This document shows, in pieces, positions 18,634 through 27,467 of a stretch of DNA of 54,574 nucleotides. The stretch covers positions 1-54,574 of the forward strand of contig JAKONM010000205.1 of NCBI GenBank assembly GCA_022701925.1. The letters are read 5' to 3'. A program made the translations under genes and the position numbers. How positions within the stretch are numbered: position 1 is the stretch's first letter; each line of letters starts with the position of its first letter. This DNA comes from Microbacteriaceae bacterium. Its GTDB lineage: Bacteria; Actinomycetota; Actinomycetes; Actinomycetales; Microbacteriaceae. The notes below the pieces were generated by a model. The model did not search any database. It was not told where the DNA came from and worked only from the letters and a program-made list of their open reading frames with translations.

Positions 18634-19641
18634 ATGGTCGCTCCGGATCTGCTGCAGGTCGATGATGGCATCGACCGCGCCGCACGGATCGACGCCAGTC
18701 CGGTGCACAACCGCATCCGCGCGCGATGGGACGAGCTGCCCGCCGGCGCCCAGCGCGTGGCCCAGGTCGTGCTCGACGAACCCCGCCTGGTGCTCGACCT
18801 GCCGATCGTCGACCTCGCGGAGCGCGCGGGCACCTCCGCGGCCACGGTCACCCGCTTCTGCCGCCAGATCGGCTACGCCGGCTACCCGGCGCTGCGCATG
18901 TCGATCGCCACCGAGCTGGGCCGCACCGAGTCCCGGCACGCGACCGCCGCCGACATCGGCCGCGCCTTCGGGCCGGACGACGCGGCCGAGGACGTGCGCA
19001 GCTCGCTGCTGGCCGGCGCCGTGCGCAGCCTGCGCGAGACCGCCGACTCCGTGGACCTGCCCAGCCTGCGGCACCTGGCCGGCGTGCTGGCCGGCAGCCG
19101 CCACGTCGACCTGTACGGCATCGGCAGCAGCGCCCTGGCGGCCGAGGCGCTGGCGGCGCGGATGTACCGCATCGGCATCTTCTGCAACGTCTGGTCCGAG
19201 GTGCACGCCGGGCTCACCAGCGCGGTGCTGCAGACGGAGGACTGCGTCGCCATCGGCTACTCGCACACCGGGCGCACCGCGGAGACGATCCAGATGCTGC
19301 AGGAGGCCGGGCGGCACGGCTGCCTCACCGTCGCGGTCACCAACGATCCGGAGTCGCCGCTGGCGCAGTGCGCCGAGATCGTGATCCGCACCGCCGCCTA
19401 CGAGCAGTTCCTGCAGCCGGACGACCTGGCGGCGTACTACAGCCAGGTCTACGTGGGCGACCTGCTCTACGTGCTGACGGCGCAGGCCGACTTCCCGCGC
19501 GCCGCCCGCCACCTGACCGCCTCCGCCCGCGCGGTCGGCCCGCACCGCGCCGGCGGCATCGCCGTGCGCTTCCCCGACCTGCCCGGCCCCCGCCCCGCGC
19601 CGTCCGCCGAGGACGCCCCGGACGCCCCGCTCTCCGCATGA
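18634..19641 (+). CDS. MurR/RpiR-family transcriptional regulator
   Basis: SAATVTRFCRQIGYAGY HTH plus SIS domain (YGIGSS, SHTGRT); alternative starts 18580, 18616. Confidence 0.93.
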   Translation: MVAPDLLQVDDGIDRAARIDASPVHNRIRARWDELPAGAQRVAQVVLDEPRLVLDLPIVDLAERAGTSAATVTRFCRQIGYAGYPALRMSIATELGRTESRHATAADIGRAFGPDDAAEDVRSSLLAGAVRSLRETADSVDLPSLRHLAGVLAGSRHVDLYGIGSSALAAEALAARMYRIGIFCNVWSEVHAGLTSAVLQTEDCVAIGYSHTGRTAETIQMLQEAGRHGCLTVAVTNDPESPLAQCAEIVIRTAAYEQFLQPDDLAAYYSQVYVGDLLYVLTAQADFPRAARHLTASARAVGPHRAGGIAVRFPDLPGPRPAPSAEDAPDAPLSA

Positions 19642-19669
19642 TCCGCCGAACCGAAGGACGCACCCGCCG

Positions 19670-20437
19670 ATGACCACCGCCACCGCCGCCACCACCGCGG
19701 TCCACGACTTCGCCGCCGCCGTCCGCGAACGGCTCGAGGCCCTGGAGGCCTTCGCCGCCGACGGGGGGCTCGACGCGTCCGTCGACCTGATCGAGCGCGC
19801 GATCCGCGCCGGCGGCGTGGCCTACGCGTTCGGCACCGGGCACTCGGAGGCGTTCGCGATGGAGATCGCGGGCCGCGCCGGCGGCCTGATCCCGTCGAAG
19901 AAGATCTCCCTGCGCGACCTGTCGCTGACCGGCGGCATGCCCGTGGCCGACCTGCAGGGCGGCAAGCTGGAGCGGGACCCGGGCGTCGCCGACCGCCTGT
20001 TCGCCCTGGCGGCGGTCGGCCCGCACGACGTCGTGCTGATCGCGTCGAACTCCGGCGTGAACGGCTCGATCGTCGGGTTCGCGCTGGCCGCGAAGGCGAA
20101 CGGCAACCCCGTGATCGCCGTCACCTCGATGGATCACACGGCCCGCGTCGAGCCGAAGCACCCGAGCGGGCAGCGGCTGCGCGACGTCGCGGACATCGCG
20201 ATCGACAACCTGGCGCCCTACGGCGACGCGGCGATCACCGTCGGCGCGGTCGTGCCGGTCGGCGCCGTGTCGTCCATCACCGCGGCGTTCATCGCCCAGC
20301 TGCTCACGGTCGGGGTCGCCGAGCGCTTCGTCGCCGCCGGCGAGCCCGCGCCCCTCTACCTGTCGGCCAACATCCCGGGCGGCGACGAGCACAACACCGA
20401 GCTCGAAGCCCGCTACGGCATCGACCGCAGCGCCTGA
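19670..20437 (+). CDS. SIS-domain sugar-phosphate protein (UPF0309-like)
   Basis: FGTGHS, GRAGGL, SNSGVN, YLSANIPGGDEHN. Confidence 0.88.
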   Translation: MTTATAATTAVHDFAAAVRERLEALEAFAADGGLDASVDLIERAIRAGGVAYAFGTGHSEAFAMEIAGRAGGLIPSKKISLRDLSLTGGMPVADLQGGKLERDPGVADRLFALAAVGPHDVVLIASNSGVNGSIVGFALAAKANGNPVIAVTSMDHTARVEPKHPSGQRLRDVADIAIDNLAPYGDAAITVGAVVPVGAVSSITAAFIAQLLTVGVAERFVAAGEPAPLYLSANIPGGDEHNTELEARYGIDRSA

Positions 20438-20445
20438 CCCCCTCA

Positions 20446-20489
20446 GCACCACTCCCGCACCACTCCCGCACCACCTCCTGCACCACCCT
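20446..20489 (+). repeat. Short tandem repeat GCACCACTCCC, about 4 units, in leader of the binding-protein gene
   Basis: Units at 20446, 20457 (identical), 20468, 20480 (degenerate). Confidence 0.7.
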
Positions 20490-20509
20490 CGAAGAAGAAG
20501 GAAGAGCAC

Positions 20510-21931
20510 ATGAACCAGAACCGGCCCACGCTGCACCGCCGGGACTTCCTGCGCGGCGCCCTGATCACGGGCATCGCCCTGCCGCTGGCGGGCTCGCTGG
20601 CCAGCTGCGCCGCCGGCGGCGGCGGCACCACCAGCACCGGCGACACCGGCTCCGGCGCCTCGAAGAGCGCCGACAACCCGTTCGGCGTCGCGGCGAAGAG
20701 CACCGTCGCGGCCTCGATCTTCAACGGCGGCTACGGCACCGACTACGTGGACTACGCCGCCTCCGTCATGGCGAAGCAGTCGCTGGGCGTCACGGCCAGC
20801 GTCTCCGCGATCACCAACATCGCGCAGTCGCTGCAGCCGAAGTTCGTGGCGGGCAATCCGCCGGACCTCATCGACAACTCCGGCGCCAACGCGATCGGCA
20901 TCTCCACGATCCGCAGCCAGCTCGCCGAGCTGTCCGACGTGCTGGACGCGGACAACTACGAGGGCACCAAGATCTCGGACACCCTCTACACCGGCGTCAC
21001 GGCGCCCGGCACCCTGGACGGCAAGTTCCTGGTGCTCAACTACGTGCTGACCGTCTACGCGGTCTGGTACTCGGCGGCGCTGTTCGAGGAGAACGGGTGG
21101 TCCGTGCCGAAGACGTGGGACGAGGCCTACGAGCTGGGCGGCAAGGCCAAGGCGAAGGGCAAGTACCTGTTCGTCTGGGGCAAGGAGGCCGCGACCTACT
21201 ACCAGACCCTCGCGATCGCGTCCGCCATCAAGGAGGGCGGCGACGAGGTGCGCCTGTCGCTCGAGAACCTCGAGTCCGACTGCTGGTCGAAGCCGGCCGT
21301 GCAGTCCGTCTTCACCGCGATGAAGAAGATCGTCGACGCCGGCTACTTCAAGCCGGGCGGCGCGGGCACGCAGTTCACCGCCGCGCAGGCCCAGTGGTCG
21401 AACGACGAGGACGCGCTGCTCTACCCCTCCGGCTCGTGGATCGAGAACGAGATGAAGAAGCAGACCAAGTCGGGCTTCGAGATGACGGGCGCTCCGGAGA
21501 TGGTCGTCTCCAGCAGCCCGTCGAAGCCCTACGAGGCGATGCACTCCACCGCGGGCGAGCCGTTCGTCGTGCCCTCCAAGGGCGCGAACGCCGCTGGCGG
21601 CAAGGAGCTGCTGCGGGCGATGCTCTCGAAGGAGGCGGCGACCAACTTCACGAAGACGCGCCTGACGCCGACCATCGTCAAGGGCATCGTGCCCTCCGAC
21701 GGGTTCGGCTCCACCGCGCTGGTCTCGCAGTCGAAGCTGCTGGAGGACGCGGGCAGCAACGTCTTCTCCTGGAACTTCGTCGACCTGTACGGCATGAACC
21801 AGGACCAGCTGGTGGTGTGGAACACGTTCCTCTCCGGCAAGTCCAGCGTCGCGCAGTTGACGAAGGGCCTGCAGGACATCACCGACAAGGTGAAGAACGA
21901 CGACTCGGTCACCAAGGTCACGGTGTCGTGA
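20510..21931 (+). CDS. ngcE: GlcNAc/chitobiose ABC substrate-binding lipoprotein (Tat signal)
   Basis: RRDFL twin-arginine, LASC lipobox, NPFGV...FNGGYG, GSWIENEM typical of NgcE. Confidence 0.88.
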   Translation: MNQNRPTLHRRDFLRGALITGIALPLAGSLASCAAGGGGTTSTGDTGSGASKSADNPFGVAAKSTVAASIFNGGYGTDYVDYAASVMAKQSLGVTASVSAITNIAQSLQPKFVAGNPPDLIDNSGANAIGISTIRSQLAELSDVLDADNYEGTKISDTLYTGVTAPGTLDGKFLVLNYVLTVYAVWYSAALFEENGWSVPKTWDEAYELGGKAKAKGKYLFVWGKEAATYYQTLAIASAIKEGGDEVRLSLENLESDCWSKPAVQSVFTAMKKIVDAGYFKPGGAGTQFTAAQAQWSNDEDALLYPSGSWIENEMKKQTKSGFEMTGAPEMVVSSSPSKPYEAMHSTAGEPFVVPSKGANAAGGKELLRAMLSKEAATNFTKTRLTPTIVKGIVPSDGFGSTALVSQSKLLEDAGSNVFSWNFVDLYGMNQDQLVVWNTFLSGKSSVAQLTKGLQDITDKVKNDDSVTKVTVS

Positions 21932-22926
21932 CCACCCTCGCCCCGACGGCCCCGACGACGGGCGGCCCCACGCGGGCCGCCCGCTGGCGGCGCAAGAACC
22001 TGACCGTCGACAAGGTCTCGTTCGCCGCGGTGTTCCTCGGGGTGCCGCTGGCGGTCTACCTGGTGCTGGTCGTCTCACCGTTCCTGCAGGCGGTCGGCTA
22101 CTCGCTGACCAGCTGGAGCGGCTTCGACGACAGCACCCCGTTCGTCGGCCTGCGCAACTACGTCACCGCCTTCAACGACGACGTGTTCATGACCGCGGTG
22201 CGCAACAGCGTCACCCTGGTCGTGGTGCTGCCGATCGTGATCATCGCCGTCGCCGTCGCGCTGGCGTCGCTGGTCACGATCGGCGGGGCGTCGAACGGAC
22301 CGGTGCGCGGCGTCAAGGGCGCCGAGTTCTACCGCGTGCTGCTGTTCTTCCCGTACATCATCCCGGCCATCGCGGTCGGCATCATGTGGGGCCAGATCTA
22401 CGACCCCAGCAACGGGCTGCTGAACGGCGTGCTCACGGCCGTGGGGTTGAACGACTTCGACTCGTACCCGTGGCTCGGCGACGCCCGCACGGCGATGCCC
22501 GCCACGATGTTCGTGATGATCTGGGCCTCCGTCGGCTTCTACGTCGTCATCTTCGTCGCGGCCATCAAGGCGCTGCCGGCGGAGGTCTTCGAGGCCGCGC
22601 GGCTCGACGGCGCCGGCCGCTTCCGCATCGCCACCCGCATCACCGTGCCGATGATGCGGGCCAACATCCGCACCTCCCTGATCTACACGGGCATCTTCGC
22701 GCTGGACGCGTTCGTGTTCATGTCCGCCCTGAACGCCGGCGGCGGGCCGCAGAACTCGACGCTCGTGATCTCGCAGGAGCTGTTCAAGACCGCCTTCACC
22801 AAGGGCCAGTTCGGCTACGCCTGCGCGATGGGCGTGATGCTCGCCGCGATCACGCTGCTGTTCGCCGGCGCCGTGTTCCTGGTCGACCGCCTGACCGGCG
22901 GCGGCGACGACCTGCAGGAGGAATGA
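21928..22926 (+). CDS. Carbohydrate ABC permease (NgcF-like)
   Basis: EAARLDGA loop, FVGLRNY, GQFGYACA; GTGA overlap. Confidence 0.93.
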   Translation: MTTLAPTAPTTGGPTRAARWRRKNLTVDKVSFAAVFLGVPLAVYLVLVVSPFLQAVGYSLTSWSGFDDSTPFVGLRNYVTAFNDDVFMTAVRNSVTLVVVLPIVIIAVAVALASLVTIGGASNGPVRGVKGAEFYRVLLFFPYIIPAIAVGIMWGQIYDPSNGLLNGVLTAVGLNDFDSYPWLGDARTAMPATMFVMIWASVGFYVVIFVAAIKALPAEVFEAARLDGAGRFRIATRITVPMMRANIRTSLIYTGIFALDAFVFMSALNAGGGPQNSTLVISQELFKTAFTKGQFGYACAMGVMLAAITLLFAGAVFLVDRLTGGGDDLQEE

Positions 22927-23828
22927 CCGTGGCCATCGACACCGCTGCTCCCGCCGCGCCGACCGTGCGCGCGGCCACCGCCCGCCGCCGGTCGGTGCCC
23001 ACCGGCGAGCGCATCACCGGGGGCGTCTCGCAGGCCGTGCTGATCGCCTGCGCCGTCGTCGTCGTGCTGCCGTTCCTGTGGACGATCATGTCGTCCTTCA
23101 AGACCAGCCGGCAGGTGCTGCAGTCGCCGTTCACCCTGCCCGACACCCTGCACTTCGAGAACTACGCCAACGCGTGGACGCAGGCGGGCATCGGCACCTT
23201 CTTCGTCAACACGCTGCTGGTCGTCGGCGGCGCGCTCGTGCTGACGATGGTGATGGGCTCGATGTGCGCCTACTTCCTGGCGCGCTTCCGCTTCATCGGC
23301 AACAAGGCGATCTACCTGCTGATGGTGGCGGGCCTCACGTTCCCGATCTTCCTGGCGATCGTGCCGCTGTTCTTCATCCTGAAGGGGCTCGGCCTGCTCG
23401 GCACGCTGCCCGGGCTGGCGATCACCTACTCCGCGTTCGCGCTGCCCTTCACCGTGTTCTTCATGGTGCCGTTCTTCCGCGCGCTGCCCTCGAGCGTGAC
23501 CGAGGCCGCGGCGATCGACGGGGCGGGGGAGTGGCGCACCTTCTTCCAGGTGATGGTGCCGATGGCGCGGCCCGCGATCGCGACGCTGTCGATCCTCAAC
23601 TTCGTGGGCCTGTGGAACCAGTTCCTGCTGCCGGTGGCCCTGAACCCGGATCAGCGCAAGTACGTGCTGACCCAGGGGATGGCGGCCTTCGCCGGCACGG
23701 CGGGCTACTCGATCGACTTCGGGGCGCTGTTCGCGGCCGTCGTGATGACGATCGTGCCCGTGCTGATCGTGTACCTGGTCTTCCAGCGCGCGCTGTCGGG
23801 CTCGGTCGTCATCGGCGCCGACAAGTGA
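22923..23828 (+). CDS. Carbohydrate ABC permease (NgcG-like)
   Basis: EAAAIDGA, WNQFLLP; ATGA overlap. Confidence 0.93.
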   Translation: MTVAIDTAAPAAPTVRAATARRRSVPTGERITGGVSQAVLIACAVVVVLPFLWTIMSSFKTSRQVLQSPFTLPDTLHFENYANAWTQAGIGTFFVNTLLVVGGALVLTMVMGSMCAYFLARFRFIGNKAIYLLMVAGLTFPIFLAIVPLFFILKGLGLLGTLPGLAITYSAFALPFTVFFMVPFFRALPSSVTEAAAIDGAGEWRTFFQVMVPMARPAIATLSILNFVGLWNQFLLPVALNPDQRKYVLTQGMAAFAGTAGYSIDFGALFAAVVMTIVPVLIVYLVFQRALSGSVVIGADK

Positions 23829-23833
23829 CCTGC

Positions 23834-23945
23834 CGGTCTCGCGGATCCGCACTCCCTGCGCGGATCCGCAGATCTCGGGCGACACGCCGGCCGGAGGGCC
23901 TTCCTCCCCGGCGTGTCGGGCAGGAGCTGCGGATCCGCGAGACCG
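23834..23945. repeat. Nested-palindrome REP/REPIN-like element C
   Basis: Perfect 18-bp inverted repeat CGGTCTCGCGGATCCGCA (23834-23851 / 23928-23945); inner CGACACGCCGG / CCGGCGTGTCG (23880-23890 / 23908-23918). Confidence 0.88.
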
Positions 23946-23949
23946 TGCG

Positions 23950-25413
23950 GTGACGGAGGCGCTGCGGCGGACCGCGGCGGCCGTGCTGCTGCCCGGGTTC
24001 GTCGGGCCCGTGCTGCCCGGCTGGGTCGCGGACGCGCTGCGGGAGGGGCTGGGCGGCGTCTGCCTGTTCGGATCCAACGTGCGGGATCCGCAGCAGCTGC
24101 GGGGGCTGACGGACGCCGTGCGCGCGCTGCAGCCCGACGCCGTCGTCGCGATCGACGAGGAGGGCGGCGACGTCACCCGGCTGCACGTGCCCGACGGGTC
24201 GCCCGAGCCCGGCAACGCGGTGCTCGGCCGGCTGGACGACGTCGAGGCGACGACCGCCTCAGCCCGCGCGATCGGGCACGAGCTGGTCGCGGCGGGCGTG
24301 ACGCTCGACCTGGCGCCCACCGTGGACGTGAACACGAACGCGGACAACCCGGTCATCGGCGCCCGCAGCTTCGGCGAGGAGCCGGCCCTCGCCGCGCGGC
24401 ACGCGGCCGCCTGGGTGCGCGGGCTGCAGTCGGCGGGCGTCGCGGCCTGCGCCAAGCACTTCCCGGGCCACGGTGACACCGCCGTCGACTCGCACCTGGG
24501 CCTGCCGGTCGTCGACCGCTCCCTCGACGTGCTGCGCGAGACGGACCTGCCGCCGTTCGTCGCGGCGATCTCCGCCGGCGTCGCCGCGGTCATGACCTCG
24601 CACATCGTGCTGCCGCAGGTGGACGACGCAGCGCCGGCGACCATGAGCCGCCGGATCCTGACGGACCTGCTGCGCGGCGAGCTGGGCTTCATCGGCCTCG
24701 TCGTCACCGACGCGCTGGACATGGCGGGCGCGAGCGGCGTGATCGGGATCCCGGAGGCGGCGGTGCGGGCGCTGGCCGCCGGCGCCGACCTGCTGTGCCT
24801 GGGGTCCTCCTCCGAGCAGCACCTGCAGCCGGTGCTCGACGCGGTCGTCGGGGCCGTCGAGGACGGACGGCTGCCGCTGGACCGCCTGCAGGACGCGGCC
24901 GCCCGGGTGCGCGCGCTGGCGGGGCCGGTCGTGCAGGCCGGCCCCGAGGACCCCGCGCTGCCCGCCGAGCGCGTCGCTGCCGCCTTCGCGGTGTCGCCCG
25001 CCGCCGCGGTGCTGCTGGCGGAGCCCGGGGAGTGGACGGTGGTGCGGCTGCAGGCGCAGGCGAACATCGCCGTGGGGGAGGCGGCCTGGGGCCCCTTCGC
25101 CGCTGCGGACGCGGAGCCCGGCACGCGCGCCGCGCGGCGCTTCGCCGGCTGGCGGCGGATCGACGTCGACGCGGACCGCCCCGGCCCGGTGCCCGTGGTG
25201 GAGGGCCGCGCGCTGGTGGTCGGCCGGGACGTGCACCGGCACCCGCACGCCCGCGCCGCGGTGGACGGCCTGCGCGCCGCGGGCGGCGGCGTCGTCGTGG
25301 TCGACATGGGCTGGCCCTCGCCCGACCGGGCGTACGCCGACGTGGCGACCTTCGGGGGCTCGCGCGCCGTCGGCGCCGCGCTGCTCCTGCTGCTCGACCG
25401 GATGGAGGACTGA
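23950..25413 (+). CDS. GH3 beta-N-acetylhexosaminidase (NagZ-like)
   Basis: DEEGG, KHFPGHGDTAVDSH, TDALDM. Confidence 0.92.
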   Translation: MTEALRRTAAAVLLPGFVGPVLPGWVADALREGLGGVCLFGSNVRDPQQLRGLTDAVRALQPDAVVAIDEEGGDVTRLHVPDGSPEPGNAVLGRLDDVEATTASARAIGHELVAAGVTLDLAPTVDVNTNADNPVIGARSFGEEPALAARHAAAWVRGLQSAGVAACAKHFPGHGDTAVDSHLGLPVVDRSLDVLRETDLPPFVAAISAGVAAVMTSHIVLPQVDDAAPATMSRRILTDLLRGELGFIGLVVTDALDMAGASGVIGIPEAAVRALAAGADLLCLGSSSEQHLQPVLDAVVGAVEDGRLPLDRLQDAAARVRALAGPVVQAGPEDPALPAERVAAAFAVSPAAAVLLAEPGEWTVVRLQAQANIAVGEAAWGPFAAADAEPGTRAARRFAGWRRIDVDADRPGPVPVVEGRALVVGRDVHRHPHARAAVDGLRAAGGGVVVVDMGWPSPDRAYADVATFGGSRAVGAALLLLLDRMED

Positions 25414-26201
25414 TGGAGATCGTGATCCTGCCCGACGCCGCGGCCGTGGGCGCCGCGGCCGCCGCCCGCATCGCCGCGGTGGTGCGGGCGAAGCCCCAGG
25501 CGGTGCTGGGGCTGTCCACCGGCTCGTCGCCGCTCGGCGCCTACGCGGCGCTGGCCGACCTCGTGCGGCGGGGCGAGCTGGACCTGTCGCGCACCTCCGC
25601 GTTCGCGCTCGACGAGTACGTGGGCCTGCCGCTCGGATCGTCGCAGTCGTACGCGGCGACGATCGCGGCCGAGGCCACGGGCCCGCTGGGCCTCGACCCC
25701 GAGCGCGTGCACGTGCCCGACGGCGCAGCCGCCGACCTCGAGGCGGCGTGCGAGGACTACGAGCGCCGCATCCGGGAGGCCGGGGGCGTGGACGTGCAGC
25801 TGCTCGGCATCGGCACGAACGGGCACATCGGCTTCAACGAGCCGACCTCCTCCCTGGCGTCGCGCACGCGCATCAAGACGCTGGCGCCGCGCACGCGCCA
25901 GGACAACGCCCGCTTCTTCGGCGGGGACCTGGACGCCGTGCCGCTGCACTGCATCACGCAGGGGCTCGGCACGATCCTCGACGCCCGTCGCCTGCTGCTG
26001 GTGGCGCAGGGCGAGGCGAAGGCGGCCGCGGTCGCCGCCGCCGTGGAGGGGCCGCTGAGCGCGATGGTGCCCGGGTCCGCGATGCAGCTGCACCGGCACG
26101 CGACCGTGCTGCTGGACGAGGCGGCCGCGAGCGCGCTGACGCTGCGCGACTACTACCGCTTCACCGCCGACCACCAGCCCGCCTGGCAGCGCGTGGGGTA
26201 G
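25413..26201 (+). CDS. nagB: Glucosamine-6-phosphate deaminase
   Basis: LGLSTGSSP, LDEYVGL, LGIGTNGHIGFNEP; TGATG coupling. Confidence 0.96.
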   Translation: MEIVILPDAAAVGAAAAARIAAVVRAKPQAVLGLSTGSSPLGAYAALADLVRRGELDLSRTSAFALDEYVGLPLGSSQSYAATIAAEATGPLGLDPERVHVPDGAAADLEAACEDYERRIREAGGVDVQLLGIGTNGHIGFNEPTSSLASRTRIKTLAPRTRQDNARFFGGDLDAVPLHCITQGLGTILDARRLLLVAQGEAKAAAVAAAVEGPLSAMVPGSAMQLHRHATVLLDEAAASALTLRDYYRFTADHQPAWQRVG

Positions 26202-26210
26202 CCAGCGGCG

Positions 26211-26272
26211 CTGGCTCGACGCTCAGCGGCTCGCTCGACGCCTCGCCGCGTCGGAACAGCCGCTCAGCGTCG
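26211..26272. repeat. Left palindromic flank of AbiEi-like gene
   Basis: 26223-26272 is the reverse complement of 27410-27459 at 43/50 positions; itself an imperfect hairpin. Confidence 0.85.
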
Positions 26273-26401
26273 TACTCGCGCGCGTCGGCACCGAGGTCGG
26301 CAGCGACGCGTCCGCTCCTCCCCAGGCAGGCCTCGCGCTCCCTCCGCCGATCCAGCGGCCCGCGCCCGCTGCGGACCGCGTGCCCGGAGCACCATGCGGG
26401 C

Positions 26402-27418
26402 GTGGATTCGAGGCGGGCACCGGACCCCTGGTTCATCGAGCTCATCGTCGTGGAGGGGCGGACCGACGGTGCGGGCCGACGGGCGCTCAGCAGAGACGTG
26501 GCCCGGGGCCTGCTCCTCCGGCTGCGCCGCGGGGCGTACGTCGAGCGCCTGGGCTTCGAGGCGATGACGCTCGAGCAGCAGCACGTGGTCCGCGCTCGAG
26601 CCCTCGCCGCCGTGTCGCAGCGGGCGATCGTCTTCTCCCACCACACCGCGGCCGTCGTCCACGGACTGCCGGTCCTGTCGGCGCGCTTCGACCGCCTGCA
26701 CACCACCGTCTCAGCGACGAGCGAGGGCGGCCAGGAGGGAGTGGTCGCCCACCGCTTCGACCTGCCCGAGGCCGCGGTCGTGCAGGTCGGTCCGCTCCGG
26801 GTCACCGCGCCGTCGCGGACGGTGGTCGACGTCGCCGGGGCCGGCCCGTTCGACGAGGGCGTCATGATCGCGGACGCCGCCCTGTTCCGGGGCCTGTCCA
26901 GGCCGCTGCTCGAGGCGGCCGCGGAGGCGGTCGGTCCTCGCCGCGCGGCGAACCGCATCGCCGGTGTGATCGCCTTCGCGCACCCGGGCGGGGAGTCCGC
27001 GGCCGAGTCGCGCAGCCGCTGCACCCTGCTGCGCATCGGCGTGGAGCCGCCTGAGCTGCAGCACCGGATGGTGCTGCACGACGGCGCCGAGGTCTTCGTG
27101 GACATGCTGTTCCGCTCGCGGAACACGAAGCGCGGAGTCGGCGGCGAGGTCGACGGGGCGAAGAAGCTGCTCGATCCGGCGATCGCGAGGGACGCCCGGA
27201 TCGCCCTCGTCCAGGAGAAGCGTCGAGAGGACGCGATCCGTCTGCACCTCGCCGGTCTCGCCCGCTGGGGGTGGGCCGAGGCCGGCAGCGCCGAGCGTCT
27301 CCGCCAGATCCTGCGGCTCGTCGGCGTCGCACCCGCGGAGCCGAGGGCGGAGCTCGCGGACTACGCCGCGGCGGCTCGATGTGCAGTCGCCCGGACGCGA
27401 CCCCTGGCTCGACGCTGA
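26402..27418 (+). CDS. AbiEi-like N-terminal region plus PD-(D/E)XK/DUF559-like C-terminal domain protein
   Basis: LRLRRGAY, SHHTAAVVHGL, VTAPSRTVVD, ESAAESRSR, PELQ, VD...GEVDG, EKRREDAIR, RWGW; start GTG 26402 uncertain. Confidence 0.82.
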   Translation: MDSRRAPDPWFIELIVVEGRTDGAGRRALSRDVARGLLLRLRRGAYVERLGFEAMTLEQQHVVRARALAAVSQRAIVFSHHTAAVVHGLPVLSARFDRLHTTVSATSEGGQEGVVAHRFDLPEAAVVQVGPLRVTAPSRTVVDVAGAGPFDEGVMIADAALFRGLSRPLLEAAAEAVGPRRAANRIAGVIAFAHPGGESAAESRSRCTLLRIGVEPPELQHRMVLHDGAEVFVDMLFRSRNTKRGVGGEVDGAKKLLDPAIARDARIALVQEKRREDAIRLHLAGLARWGWAEAGSAERLRQILRLVGVAPAEPRAELADYAAAARCAVARTRPLARR

Positions 27419-27460
27419 GCGGCTCCTCCGTCGCGGCGAGGCGTCGGGTCAGCCGCTGCG
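27404..27460. repeat. Right palindromic flank of AbiEi-like gene
   Basis: Inverted match to the left flank; also a 21/22 direct match CTGGCTCGACGCTSAGCGGCTC with 26211-26232; contains the stop codon. Confidence 0.85.
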
Positions 27461-27467
27461 GGGCGAC

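Noticed and set aside
234-26174. Very long Arg/Ala/Pro-rich ORFs in the track (e.g. 234-2195, 263-2419, 19337-22078, 22815-26174)
   Set aside because: Shadow frames of real genes in high-GC DNA; no motifs, and they overlap well-supported CDSs.
25748-26401. N-terminal extension of the 556-aa ORF
   Set aside because: Overlaps nagB in another frame and runs through the repeat; family-like sequence only begins after about 26400.
26402-27418. Complete type IV toxin-antitoxin (AbiE) system
   Set aside because: No AbiEii nucleotidyltransferase gene is adjacent; the neighbours are nagB and nagA.
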